The translations under genes and the position numbers were made by a program. This document shows positions 9,818-19,450 of a DNA stretch of 64,000 nt, one piece after another (within the stretch, counting starts at the first letter, position 1; every line of letters starts with the position of its first letter). Source of the stretch: an uncultured Actinomycetes bacterium (GTDB lineage: Bacteria; Actinomycetota; Thermoleophilia; UBA2241); the NCBI GenBank assembly GCA_963767005.1, contig CAVYCN010000004.1, positions 320,001-384,000 on the forward strand. The letters run 5' to 3'. The notes under the pieces were generated by a model. That model searched no databases. It saw only the letters and a list, made by a program, of their open reading frames with translations, and was not told the DNA's origin.

Positions 9818-9879
9818 CGGCGCATCCTACCCCACGCGCGGGGCCGGCGCGACCGGGCGGAGGCGTCTCGCGGCTGCGC

Positions 9880-10569
9880 TCAGGGCCGGTCGGCGGCCGC
9901 GAGGTCTTCGAGGAACTCGCGCGGCGCGTCGTTGGTCGAGCCCCTCCGCAGCACCACGGTCGGGATGGTGCGCAGGATGATGCCGAGGTCGGTGCGCAGA
10001 CCGAGCGTCGCGACGTAGCGTTCGTCCCAGTCGAGCATCTGCGAGCGCCGCAGGCGGTTGCGGCCGTTGATCGCCACGAGGCCGGTCAGCCCCGGCTTGA
10101 CCTGGAGGATGCGCGCGAAGCGCTCCCGGTGCTCGACCACGACCGTGGGCACGTTGGGACGCGGTCCGACCACGCTCATGTCGCCCTTCAGCACGTTGAG
10201 GAGCTGAGGCAGCTCGTCGAGGCTGAAGGCGCGCATCCAGCGGCCGGCCCAGGTGATGCGCTCGTCGCCCTCCTCGACGTACAGGCCGGCGCCGTGGTCG
10301 ACCGCGTCGGGGATCATCGAGCGGAACTTGACCATGCCGAAGAGGACGCCGCCTTTGCCGGCCCGGTCCTGCACGAAGAACACCGGCCGCCCGCTCGTCG
10401 CGTAGACGGTCGCCGCCAGGGTGGCCAGGATCGGCGCCGCCACCAGGGTGGCGGTACCGGCCACCGCCAGGTCGAGCAGGCGCTTGCCGCGGCGCTCGTA
10501 GAAGCCGTCGGGATGCGGCGTGACCGCGAGCGGCGGGAACGGCGGGAGGGGCGGCGATGACGGCGTCAT
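9880..10569 (-). CDS. Priming phosphoglycosyl transferase (PglC/WcaJ-like bacterial sugar transferase)
   Basis: KRLLD, KFRSM, SLDELPQLLNVLKGDMSVVGPRP, VKPGLTG; ATGA overlap with the upstream GT. Confidence 0.93.
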   Translation of the reverse strand: MTPSSPPLPPFPPLAVTPHPDGFYERRGKRLLDLAVAGTATLVAAPILATLAATVYATSGRPVFFVQDRAGKGGVLFGMVKFRSMIPDAVDHGAGLYVEEGDERITWAGRWMRAFSLDELPQLLNVLKGDMSVVGPRPNVPTVVVEHRERFARILQVKPGLTGLVAINGRNRLRRSQMLDWDERYVATLGLRTDLGIILRTIPTVVLRRGSTNDAPREFLEDLAAADRP

Positions 10570-11831
10570 CGCCGCCCCTCCCGCCCGGCGCCGCTCGCGG
10601 TCACGCCGGCGCCGTCGCGCACGGCGCCTTCGAGCGCTCGGCACAGCCGCGCCGCCATCTCGTCGCGGCTGAAGTCGCGCTCGGCCAGGCGGCGAGCGTT
10701 CGCGCCCATCGCGACGACGAGGTCGGGCTCGTCGGCGAGGGCCGCCAGTGTAGCGGCGAGCGCCGCGCCGTCGCCGGCCGGCACCCAGGCGCCGGCACGG
10801 TCGCGCTCGACCACACGGCGCAGCCAGCCGTCGAGGTTGACGATCACCGCCCGCCCGGCGGCCAGCGAGTCGAAGAACTTGTTGGGCGAGTTGGTCTCGA
10901 AGGCCGGGTGCGGCGCGAACAGGGTGAGCGTGACGTCGGCCGCGCCCACCACGCCGGCGAGGCGGGCCTTGGGCAGCGGCGGCAGGACGAGGACGTTGTC
11001 GAGCCCGAGCTTGCGGACGCGCTCCTCGAGGTGGGGTCGTCGGCCGCCGTCGCCGATCGCGACGATCGCTACGTCGTCGCGTCCGGCGGTGCGCAGACAG
11101 GCGGCCGCGTCGACGAGCTGGTCCAGACCGTTGGCACGCCCCATCGCGCCGCTGTAGAGCGCGACGAACCTGCCCTCAAGGCCGTGGCGGGCGCGAAACT
11201 CGCGGTCGACGTTGTCGGGCGAGAAGAGGTCGAGGTCGCAGGCGTTCGGCACGAAGACGAGGCGCGCGGGCGGCACGCCCATGGCGAGCAGCGCGTCGCG
11301 GCTCGCCTCGCTCAGCACGACGATGCGTCGCGCGCCACGGTAGAGCAGGCGCTCGAGCGCCTGCGAGGCGAGGACCAGTGGCGGCGAGCGCAGAGCCCCG
11401 ATGGCGATCGGCACGTCGGGCCACAGGTCGCGCAGCTCGAAGACGAACGGCACGCGTCGCAGGCGCGCGGTGAGCAGTCCCGGCAGGCCGATGGTGAGCG
11501 GTGTCGACGAGGCGAACACCACGTCGGGGCGGGGCAGGAGCGGACCGGCCAGGCAGGCGCCGGCGGTGAAGGCGACGAAGGCGGCGAGGCGGCGCGGCGT
11601 CGAGAAGTAGTTCGAGTAGGGCACGTTCAGCAGGACGAGGTCGATGCCGTCGATGCGGTCGCGCCCGAACAGGCGCAGGCCGCGGCCGCCGTCGGGCGGG
11701 AGCTGGGCCACGCTGCTGACGATGGTGACCTCGTGGCCGCGCGCCACGAAGCGCCGGGCCAGCTCGAGCGAACGGGTGCCGGTCGCGCTGTCGCGGGTGG
11801 CGAAGTACTGGTGGAAGTAGAGGATCCTCAC
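10566..11831 (-). CDS. Glycosyltransferase family 4 (WbuB/WcaI-like)
   Basis: RILYFHQYF, FELRDLWP, YSGAMGRANGL, SPNKFFDSLAAG; GTGA overlap. Confidence 0.9.
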   Translation of the reverse strand: MRILYFHQYFATRDSATGTRSLELARRFVARGHEVTIVSSVAQLPPDGGRGLRLFGRDRIDGIDLVLLNVPYSNYFSTPRRLAAFVAFTAGACLAGPLLPRPDVVFASSTPLTIGLPGLLTARLRRVPFVFELRDLWPDVPIAIGALRSPPLVLASQALERLLYRGARRIVVLSEASRDALLAMGVPPARLVFVPNACDLDLFSPDNVDREFRARHGLEGRFVALYSGAMGRANGLDQLVDAAACLRTAGRDDVAIVAIGDGGRRPHLEERVRKLGLDNVLVLPPLPKARLAGVVGAADVTLTLFAPHPAFETNSPNKFFDSLAAGRAVIVNLDGWLRRVVERDRAGAWVPAGDGAALAATLAALADEPDLVVAMGANARRLAERDFSRDEMAARLCRALEGAVRDGAGVTASGAGREGRR

Positions 11832-12982
11832 GCCCGTGCCGCCTCGTCGCGCGTCGGCGCGCAGACCCGCGCGTAGAAGTCGAGGAACCGCTCGCCGAGC
11901 GCCTCCCACGAGTAGGTGCGCCGCACCGCCGCGCGCCCGCGCGCGCCCATGGCGGCCGTGCCGGCACGGTCGGCCATCAACCGGCGTACGCCGTCGAGGT
12001 GACCCTCGACGTTCGCCGGGACGAGGATGCCGAAGCCCTCGTCACGGATGACCTCGCGCCCGGGCAGGTCGCTGGCGAGCGCGGCAAGCCCGACCGCGGC
12101 TCCCTCGAAGACCTTGGTGGCGACGGTCGGCCGCGAGTACTGGACGCTCGGCCAGCTGGCCGTCCAGACGACGTCGGCCGATGCCAGGTAGCGAGGGACG
12201 TCGGCGCGCGACACACGCCCGAGGAACCGGACTCTGTCGTCGAGTCCGGCCCGCAAACGGGCCATCGTCTCCGCCTCGAACTCGGCCGACCCGAAGCTGC
12301 CGCCGAGCAGGAGCAGGGCCTTGCTGGAATCGAGCTGCTCCATGACATCGAGCATGAGCCCGACGCCACGGATGCGTGACAGCGCTCCGATGTACACGAG
12401 ACGAAGGCGCGGGTCGGCGGCGAGATCGACGAACGGTTCGGCTCCCTCGAACTGCGCGAGGCGCGGGTAGTTGGGAGCGACGAGGCAAGGGATCCGCTGC
12501 GGGCCGAAGTCGTCGAGCACCGCGTCGGCGGCGGCGACGATGCCATCGGCGAGAAGCGTGAGGCCGCGCTGTGCGTACCCGCTCGCCGCTGCGACGTACG
12601 GTCGCAGACGGGCGGCGATGTACTCCTTGGACGCCACCTGCTCACGCACGAACTCATGCACGTCGACCACGAGGCGCGGCACGAACGGGCGCAGCAGCGG
12701 GTAGAGGGTGAGCAGCTCGGGGTCGTGCGTATGGACGACGAAGGGTCGGATGCCGCGCAAGGCTGCGATCACGTCGGGCGCACTCAGGAAGCGTCGGGAG
12801 CGGCGCCGCACCGGCAGCGGCGCGAGGCGGACGCCGTGCTCGTCGATCCGGGGCGTGGCGCCCGGCGCGAGGTAGGTCACGTCGTAGCCGGCGTCGGCGA
12901 GCGTGCGGCACTCGCGCTCGTAGATGCGGGCGTCGTCGGGCCGGTGGACGACGGTCAAGTGGACCACTTTGAGGCCGCTCAC
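11828..12982 (-). CDS. Glycosyltransferase family 4
   Basis: VHLTVVHRPDDARI..REC..LA.AGY, HTHDPEL, DVHE, TKVFE; GTGA overlap. Confidence 0.88.
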   Translation of the reverse strand: MSGLKVVHLTVVHRPDDARIYERECRTLADAGYDVTYLAPGATPRIDEHGVRLAPLPVRRRSRRFLSAPDVIAALRGIRPFVVHTHDPELLTLYPLLRPFVPRLVVDVHEFVREQVASKEYIAARLRPYVAAASGYAQRGLTLLADGIVAAADAVLDDFGPQRIPCLVAPNYPRLAQFEGAEPFVDLAADPRLRLVYIGALSRIRGVGLMLDVMEQLDSSKALLLLGGSFGSAEFEAETMARLRAGLDDRVRFLGRVSRADVPRYLASADVVWTASWPSVQYSRPTVATKVFEGAAVGLAALASDLPGREVIRDEGFGILVPANVEGHLDGVRRLMADRAGTAAMGARGRAAVRRTYSWEALGERFLDFYARVCAPTRDEAARA

Positions 12983-14139
12983 GCGACCTCCTCGTAGATC
13001 TCGATCTGGCGGGCCGCGTTGCGCTCCCAGGTGAGGTCGAGGATCGCGCGACGGCCGGCCGCAGCCAGCCGCCTCGCAGCGTCTGGATCGTCGAGCAGCC
13101 GGGCGATGGCGGCCGTCACCGCGGCCTCGTCGCCGGGTGGCACAAGCAGACCGCTCTCGCCGTCGACGACGAAGTCGGCGGGGCCCTCGCCGCGGCAGGC
13201 GACGACCGGTGCGCCCTGTGCCATCGCTTCGGCGTAGACCACGCCGAAGCCCTCCGGTGCGCTCGGCAGGACGAACGCGTCGGCTCGCGCCATCAGGCCG
13301 AGCACCTCGTCGTGAGGTCGCCAACCGAGAAACAGGGTACGTTCGGCCATACCCAGCTCGCGCGCCCGCGCCGCAAGACGGCGGTGCTCGGGACCGTCCC
13401 CGACGACGACCCAGGCCACATCGGCATAGGGAGTGCCGAGACGGGCGAGAGCGGCTAGCACCGCGGCGTGGCCCTTCGACGCAAACAGGTTGCCGACCGA
13501 CAGCACGACGCGGTGGCCGGGCAGGATCGTGCTCGGCGTCGCCCGATGGTGCACCCCGACGCCGTTTGGCACGACGTGCAGACGGTGCGCCGGCACGACC
13601 GCGGCGAGGCGCCGCGCGACCGCGCCGCTCACCGCCATGACCGCGGCGGCATCGTCGAGCGCCTGCACCGTGCGGCGGCGCACCGGGCCGTCTCCGGCGA
13701 GGTTCACGTTCACGTCGGCGCCGTGCACGGTGACGACGTACTGGAGGCCCAGGTCAGCGGCGAGCAGGCGGACGGCCGCGCCGTCGGGGAACGCCTGATG
13801 GGCGTGGATCATGTCGATGCCCGCACCGCGCAGGCGAGGCACGAACGCACGCAGCCCCCGGTAGAACAGCTCGACCTGGCGCTGCCGCAGGATACGCCGC
13901 GGTGGCACCACGACACGCGGGTAGTCGATCGCAACGGCATCGATCACCGCGGCGGCCGGGGTGGCGGCCCGGGCACGAAGGCGGTCGTTCAGGCGCAGGA
14001 GGCGGGGTGTGCAGGCCGTCGGCGACACGACGCTCACGTCGACGCCGAGCTCGCGCAGCGCCACGACCTGGTCGTGCACGAACAGCGACGAGGCGCGCGC
14101 CGGCGTCGGGTACAGGTGGGAGACGACGAGGATCCTCAC
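12979..14139 (-). CDS. Glycosyltransferase family 4 (TuaC-like)
   Basis: ILVVSHLYP, IHAH...PDG, VTVHGAD, EGFGVVYAEAMA.G.PVV. Confidence 0.9.
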   Translation of the reverse strand: MRILVVSHLYPTPARASSLFVHDQVVALRELGVDVSVVSPTACTPRLLRLNDRLRARAATPAAAVIDAVAIDYPRVVVPPRRILRQRQVELFYRGLRAFVPRLRGAGIDMIHAHQAFPDGAAVRLLAADLGLQYVVTVHGADVNVNLAGDGPVRRRTVQALDDAAAVMAVSGAVARRLAAVVPAHRLHVVPNGVGVHHRATPSTILPGHRVVLSVGNLFASKGHAAVLAALARLGTPYADVAWVVVGDGPEHRRLAARARELGMAERTLFLGWRPHDEVLGLMARADAFVLPSAPEGFGVVYAEAMAQGAPVVACRGEGPADFVVDGESGLLVPPGDEAAVTAAIARLLDDPDAARRLAAAGRRAILDLTWERNAARQIEIYEEVA

Positions 14140-14221
14140 GGCCGCGGGAGGTCTCGAACGGCGGCGTGTGCCGCCGACGCGCCGTCGGATCGCGCTCCGC
14201 GGTCGGCCTGTCCGCGGCCGG

Positions 14222-14857
14222 CTACAGGATCCATCGGTAGACCTCGAAGACCTCGGCGTACTCGCAGCCGACGTCGATCGCGCGCGTGAGTGCCACGTTG
14301 CGGATGTAGTCTTCGCGCACGTAATTGCGGTGCTGCTGAGAGTGGTAGCAGGCGAGGGCGTCGACCTTCTTCTGCACGTGGCGCTCCTGCAGGCTCACAT
14401 AGGCCTGGTGCGAGAAGTTGAGGTTGTTCCAGGGGATCTCGTAGGCGAGCACTGTGGTGCGCTTGAAGGCGCGCAAACCCTCTTCGGCGATCGTCTTGTG
14501 ATCCTGGTGCAGATCGATCAGGGCGGGCATGAAGACGCAGTCCGGACGCAGCTCCTGCTGCAGGACGATCATCTCGTCGAGGATCTCCTGACGGGCGGTG
14601 GGGAACGTGCGCACCTCGAAGTCGTAGACCTTCAGGTGCGCCTTGTCGATGCCGATGATGGCGGTCGCCTCACGGACTTCGCGCTTCAGGATGTCACGGG
14701 GAAAGCCGGCCGGCACGGACTTCGCGGCGGTGCTGAAGGCCACGTAGGTGACCTCGACCCCGCCCTCGATGAGTCGCGCCATGGTGCCCCCGCAGCCGAA
14801 CTCGCCGTCGTCTGTGTGCGGAGCAAGCACGAGCGCCGTACGGAGCTGATCGATCAT
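14222..14857 (-). CDS. PIG-L/LmbE family deacetylase
   Basis: APHTDDGEFGCGG and DLHQDH metal-binding motifs. Confidence 0.92.
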   Translation of the reverse strand: MIDQLRTALVLAPHTDDGEFGCGGTMARLIEGGVEVTYVAFSTAAKSVPAGFPRDILKREVREATAIIGIDKAHLKVYDFEVRTFPTARQEILDEMIVLQQELRPDCVFMPALIDLHQDHKTIAEEGLRAFKRTTVLAYEIPWNNLNFSHQAYVSLQERHVQKKVDALACYHSQQHRNYVREDYIRNVALTRAIDVGCEYAEVFEVYRWIL

Positions 14858-16449
14858 CTGTCTTCCCCCTCAAGGCGCTGGTCGGGCTCGAGACGCTCGG
14901 CTGTGGCGCCGCCCGCTGCGTGGCCGGCCGGGACAGCCCGTGAGTCTAGCAAATCGGTGCGACCCGCAGGCGGGCTCGGTCCGCCGGCCGCCGCCGGCCC
15001 CGCCTGTTCGCGCTGAGCGCGGATGAGGACCGCGATCGCGAGGCCGAGGAGCACCGCCATCGGTGGAAAGAGGATCGCGGTGCTCGGTCCCACGATGGAG
15101 ATGCTGAAGCCGACCAGCGCCACGCCCGTCGCCGCCCCGAGGTACCGCAGCAACGGGTCGCGAGCCTGCCGCACGACGCGTGCCATGGCCTGCAGGAGCA
15201 GCGCCCAGATCGCGAGGAAGATGAGCAGGGCCGGCAGACCGCCGTCGACCAGCACCTCGAGCCACCAGTCGTGGAGGTTGACGATAACGAACGACGGGTT
15301 CTGGGCGGCCACGAGCGGCTCGGCGTTGCCGGGCCCTACGCCCAGGAACCAGCGCGTGGCGGCGGCCTGCAGGCCCGCCGCCTGCAGCTCGGAGCGTACG
15401 CCGCCGCTGCCTGTGCCGCTCTGCACCTGGTTCACCAGGTTGGTCGCGCTGAGCGCGCTGCCGAACCCTCCGGCCAGCGCCACGCCGACGGCGACCAGGG
15501 CGATCACGACGAGGACGCCGGCGGCGATCCGCAGGTGTCGCCCTGTCTTCCGGGCCACCGCGAGGGCGACGACGACGGTCTCGAACCCGACGGCGAGCAC
15601 GCTGGTGCGCGAGGTCGTGTAGCGCACCACGACGAGGGTTACGAGCAGGGCCACCACGGTGACGACGACGGCCGCGCGGCGGCGCCGCAGGTAGGGCAGG
15701 AGCAGCACGAACGGCCAGCAGAAGGCGAGGTACGTGCCGAAGTCGTTGGTGTTGAAGAAGTAGCCGGCCGCCTTGCCGTGGTGAGCGTAGGTCGGCGAGG
15801 CGCTCGGCAGGTGCAGGTGCAGCCGCCATTCGGCGAGACCGATCAGCAGGGACAGGCCGTAGACGGCCGCCAGCGCGAGCATGAGCCAGGCGAGCCGGCA
15901 CCGGCTCACGCCACAGCTTGCCGTGGCGGCCGCGAGGATGCCGAGGGTGACGAACTGGAGCAGGTAGCGAGGGGCCGCGTCGGGGTAGGGCGCCCACGCC
16001 AGCGTGATGAGCAGCCAGCTCAGCCAGGCGCCGTACAACGCGGCGAAGGTGTGCGCACCGACGTGCAGCCGGCGTTGCGTGAGGATGAGCCACAGCAGGC
16101 CCGAGAAGCCGACCAGCGCCATCACGAAGCGCGCGGCGTAGAGTTCGCGGAGGTGTGGGACCGCCAGGACCGGCCCGATGATGGCAAGACCCGGCAGGGC
16201 GACCAGCCCGAGCACGAGGAGGCGGCTCACCCGCACGCGCGCCAGACGGTGGCGTGCGACGATCAGCAGCAGCACGACACCGACCGTCAGAGGCAGGCCC
16301 ACGGCGACCGCCGCATGCGAAAGCGGGGCGCGGCCGCGCAGGGCGAAGTCGGTGAGAGCCGCAGTCGCGGCAACGGCGACGGCGAGCACGGTCGCCCCGG
16401 TCAGACGGTCCTTGCCGCGTGGCGCGGTCGTCAGGGCGTGATCGGTCAC
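14854..16449 (-). CDS. O-antigen ligase/Wzy-family membrane protein (TuaE-like)
   Basis: Multi-TM; FFNTNDF, TTSRT, GVGPG and NLHDWWLEVL.DGG; GTG start inferred. Confidence 0.82.
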   Translation of the reverse strand: MTDHALTTAPRGKDRLTGATVLAVAVAATAALTDFALRGRAPLSHAAVAVGLPLTVGVVLLLIVARHRLARVRVSRLLVLGLVALPGLAIIGPVLAVPHLRELYAARFVMALVGFSGLLWLILTQRRLHVGAHTFAALYGAWLSWLLITLAWAPYPDAAPRYLLQFVTLGILAAATASCGVSRCRLAWLMLALAAVYGLSLLIGLAEWRLHLHLPSASPTYAHHGKAAGYFFNTNDFGTYLAFCWPFVLLLPYLRRRRAAVVVTVVALLVTLVVVRYTTSRTSVLAVGFETVVVALAVARKTGRHLRIAAGVLVVIALVAVGVALAGGFGSALSATNLVNQVQSGTGSGGVRSELQAAGLQAAATRWFLGVGPGNAEPLVAAQNPSFVIVNLHDWWLEVLVDGGLPALLIFLAIWALLLQAMARVVRQARDPLLRYLGAATGVALVGFSISIVGPSTAILFPPMAVLLGLAIAVLIRAQREQAGPAAAGGPSPPAGRTDLLDSRAVPAGHAAGGATAERLEPDQRLEGEDR

Positions 16450-16469
16450 GGCGCGACAAGGAGCTTCAT
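16446..16469 (-). other. Putative leaderless 7-aa uORF (MKLLVAP) coupled to the wzy start
   Basis: TACAAT (16482-16477), 7 nt, then ATG...CCG TGA whose stop overlaps GTG 16449 as GTGA. Confidence 0.45.
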
Positions 16470-16609
16470 GGGGCCCATTGTACCTGCTCGAGGGGGCGCC
16501 TCCGGGTCGCGTGGCGCCGTCGCGGTTGCCGGTCCGGGCGTACGGGCGGCATAATCGGGGCAGACACGGCCGGGCCGGGCCGGTGCACCACGACCGCGAA
16601 GGGAGCCGG

Positions 16610-17728
16610 GTGACGTCGGGACCACATGCGACTGGGCGGGCGCCGCGCTCACGGCGACCGCACGGCGTGCTCGCGCCGGCTCGGGCGATCGTGGCCGCGC
16701 CGATCGTGGCCGCCCTGGTGCTCGGCGCGCTCCTCCTGACCGCCCCCGGCGCGGCGCGAGCCGCCGCCACCACGAACGGCGCGGCGGCGACGACGCCGGC
16801 CGCCGCGACCCTCACCCCGCCGGCGACCATCAAGGTCGCCCGGCGGTTCCCCGCGGGCGACCCGAGCGGCGTGATCGTGGGCGTCGACACGGTCGACTTT
16901 CGCACGTACTGCGTGCGCGTGCTGTCGCACGAGTGGGCGCCGCCGTCCGCCTTCTCGGACCAGGCCCTCCAGGCCGGCGCCCTGGCCGTGAAGGAGTACG
17001 CCTGGTACTGGGCGACCCATCCGACCAAGCTGCCCGACGTCGCCGCCTGGGGCGCCGACGTCGACGACACGACCAACTACCAGGTCTACATGGACTGGGA
17101 CTACGGGCAGCGCTACTGGAACGCCGTCGACAGCACCTGGGGCACGGCCATGACCCGGAGCGGCCAGATCTTCGAGGCCTCCTATTATGCCGGCGACTAT
17201 TCCGGGGCGTCGACCGACGGCGACCACATGACGCAGTGGGGCTCGCAGTACTGGGCCGCGCACGGCATGAGCGCCGCCTCGATCATCGACTTCTACTACC
17301 CGGGCACCCAGTTCGTGGCCGTGGCGGGGGGCACGGCGATCGGCGCCGGCACCGCGACCGGCTGGAACGGCCCCGACGCGCCCAAGGGGACGGCCAAGCT
17401 CGACGTGATCGGCCCGGTGCAGCTCACACCGGGCCCCCATCACAAGGGGCAGTTCCTGAAGGTCTCGTTCACCCTGCGCAACGACGGCGCTCAGACGGGC
17501 CGCTGGGCGATCGTCACACTGGTCGTACGCGGGCCGGGCGACCAGCCTCGTGACGTGGGCTCGGTCACCGGCCTCACGCTCGGGCCCGGCGCCTACCGGC
17601 TGTTCACCGGGAGGCTGCGGCTCGACCTCGTCGGCCGCTGGCACGGCTGGCTGATCGTCGGCGACGGCACGAGCCTGTCGCTGCTCGACGGCGGCGCTCC
17701 GTTCCAGTTCGTGGTCGGTCGGCGCTAG
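16610..17728 (+). CDS. Secreted SpoIID/LytB-domain protein (lytic transglycosylase-like) with a C-terminal beta-rich domain
   Basis: Y...V...EW...AL.A.A.A...YA, DDTTNYQVY, MTQWGS..WA..G......FYYPG; signal-like segment; exact start uncertain. Confidence 0.8.
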   Translation: MTSGPHATGRAPRSRRPHGVLAPARAIVAAPIVAALVLGALLLTAPGAARAAATTNGAAATTPAAATLTPPATIKVARRFPAGDPSGVIVGVDTVDFRTYCVRVLSHEWAPPSAFSDQALQAGALAVKEYAWYWATHPTKLPDVAAWGADVDDTTNYQVYMDWDYGQRYWNAVDSTWGTAMTRSGQIFEASYYAGDYSGASTDGDHMTQWGSQYWAAHGMSAASIIDFYYPGTQFVAVAGGTAIGAGTATGWNGPDAPKGTAKLDVIGPVQLTPGPHHKGQFLKVSFTLRNDGAQTGRWAIVTLVVRGPGDQPRDVGSVTGLTLGPGAYRLFTGRLRLDLVGRWHGWLIVGDGTSLSLLDGGAPFQFVVGRR

Positions 17729-17741
17729 CAGGGCCTACGTC

Positions 17742-17855
17742 GTAAGAGACCTCTGTGCCGCCTTCGAGCAGGCGGGCCATGGTGGCGCCGCAGCCGAACT
17801 CACCGTCGTCGGTGTGCCGCGCGAGCACGAGCGCTCTCCCGAGCTGCTCGATCAT
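17742..17855 (-). pseudogene. Truncated 5' duplicate of the PIG-L deacetylase gene
   Basis: MIEQLGRALVLARHTDDGEFGCGATMARLLEGGTEVSY matches 30 of the first 38 aa of 14857-14222, keeps a GAGGAG RBS, then similarity stops. Confidence 0.85.
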
Positions 17856-17985
17856 CGCCCGTCTCCTCGGCGACCGCCGCGGTGATCGGGCCGCATCGTC
17901 GTCACCGCCGTCGACGCCAGCGTCCGGCAGAGCGTGGTGCCGGCCGGACGCGCGGCGCGCCGCCGGCGCCCCCATGCGCCGTCGC

Positions 17986-18399
17986 CTAGTCGAGCTCGAG
18001 ACCGGCGTGGGGTCCCGGGCTCATGTCCCAGACCGACTCGACCTCGATCTTCACCACGTACTTGACCGGCGGCAGGTTGAGCTTGGCCGACAACCCGGCG
18101 AGGCGCTCGCCGACCTGGTCGAACTCAGGGCCGTGGTCGATGAGCTCGGCGCGGCCCTTGACCTGCACAGCGACCTTGCGCTCGGGGTCGTGGACGCCGA
18201 CGGCGACGCGGACGTCGTGCTCGAGGTTCTCGCGGGTCTTGTGCGAGAACATGTCCGCAAAGTAGAGGTGACCGTCGTCGAGCAGAGCTCCGGAGCCCTT
18301 GATCGAGATGTTCGGCGTGCCGTCGGGCGCGACGGTCGCGACCCAGATGTTGTGGCCGCCCTGGAGCAGGTCGAGGAGCTGGTCGGGAAGCTTCTTCAC
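17986..18399 (-). CDS. Pyridoxamine 5'-phosphate oxidase-like FMN-binding protein
   Basis: VATV..DG.PNIS.KG, FAD.F..KT.ENL, PG near the C-terminus; AGGAGG RBS before GTG 18399. Confidence 0.88.
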   Translation of the reverse strand: MKKLPDQLLDLLQGGHNIWVATVAPDGTPNISIKGSGALLDDGHLYFADMFSHKTRENLEHDVRVAVGVHDPERKVAVQVKGRAELIDHGPEFDQVGERLAGLSAKLNLPPVKYVVKIEVESVWDMSPGPHAGLELD

Positions 18400-18595
18400 A
18401 TGGCCCTCCTTGAGGCGTCGGGCGTCGGTCGGGCGCCCTCTTGGGCGGCCACCTTGTACCCACGCAGGAGGCCGGTCACACCTCGCCGGGCCGGTGCCGC
18501 CGGCGTAGAATCGCGACTGCCCACGAAGCCGCCGACGTCGAGCCGGCGAGGACGAGCGCGAACGGCGGCAATGTCTCGGCGAGAGGAGCACTCAA

Positions 18596-19429
18596 ATGGA
18601 GAGCATCGATTTTCGTGTCCGCTTGAGGACCGCAGAGATGCTGAAGCCCTGGAATCCCGAGCATCCGGCTCCCCATTTTGCGCAGTATATCGAGCTGTAC
18701 AAGATGAGGGACCGGCTCACGCCGATGGCCATGCCGGAGTTCGTCGACCACATGATGGCGGGCGGCGTGCAGAAGGGCGTCGTGTGCGGCGGTTCGATCG
18801 ACGACAACGACCACCTCATCGACATCATGCGCTCCCCGCAGGGCGGTAGCTTCTTCTATATCGCGGGGGTCCACCCGAGCTGCGGCATTCGGCGCAACCT
18901 CGAGGAGCTCGAGCGCTGCCGCGTGGCCGGGTTCCTCGGCGTCAACATCAGCCCCTACATCTGGGGCGTGCCCGCCAACGCAGGCCTGCTCTTTCCGATC
19001 TACGCCTACTGTGAGCAGAACGGCATGGTTGCGATCGTGCACGGCAGCCTGCACTACAACCGCTTCCAGAGCATGTGGCTCGGCGACCCCCAGTACATGG
19101 ATGAGATCGCGATCAACTTCCCCGAGCTGAAGTTGGTCATCTCGCACGCCGGCAACGGCTTCGGCGTCCTTGCCCTGGCCGTGGCCCAGAAGCACCCCAA
19201 CATCTTCCTCGAGTTCAGCGCCCTCTGGCCCAACTACCTGCCTGAGGCGACCATTCAGGCGGTCAACACGTACCTGAGCGACCGCTGCCTGTTCGGCACC
19301 GACTACCCGCTCGTCGAGTTCGAGCAAGCGATCGCCGCGTGGGACGCCGTGCTCAGGCCCGAGGTCAAGCAGCGATTTTTCGGCGGGAACGCTGCGCGGT
19401 GCCTGTTCGAGGGGCCACGTCCGATCTGA
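18596..19429 (+). CDS. Amidohydrolase_2 family protein
   Basis: PIY..C......IVH, FPELK.VI.HAG, HPNIFLEFS, LFGTDYP, GGNA; GAGGAG RBS. Confidence 0.88.
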   Translation: MESIDFRVRLRTAEMLKPWNPEHPAPHFAQYIELYKMRDRLTPMAMPEFVDHMMAGGVQKGVVCGGSIDDNDHLIDIMRSPQGGSFFYIAGVHPSCGIRRNLEELERCRVAGFLGVNISPYIWGVPANAGLLFPIYAYCEQNGMVAIVHGSLHYNRFQSMWLGDPQYMDEIAINFPELKLVISHAGNGFGVLALAVAQKHPNIFLEFSALWPNYLPEATIQAVNTYLSDRCLFGTDYPLVEFEQAIAAWDAVLRPEVKQRFFGGNAARCLFEGPRPI

Positions 19430-19450
19430 GGCGGCCGCCGGTCCGCCAGT

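Noticed and set aside
14854-17076. 740-aa minus-strand ORF
   Set aside because: The N-terminal part is antisense to the SpoIID-domain gene; the real wzy starts near 16449.
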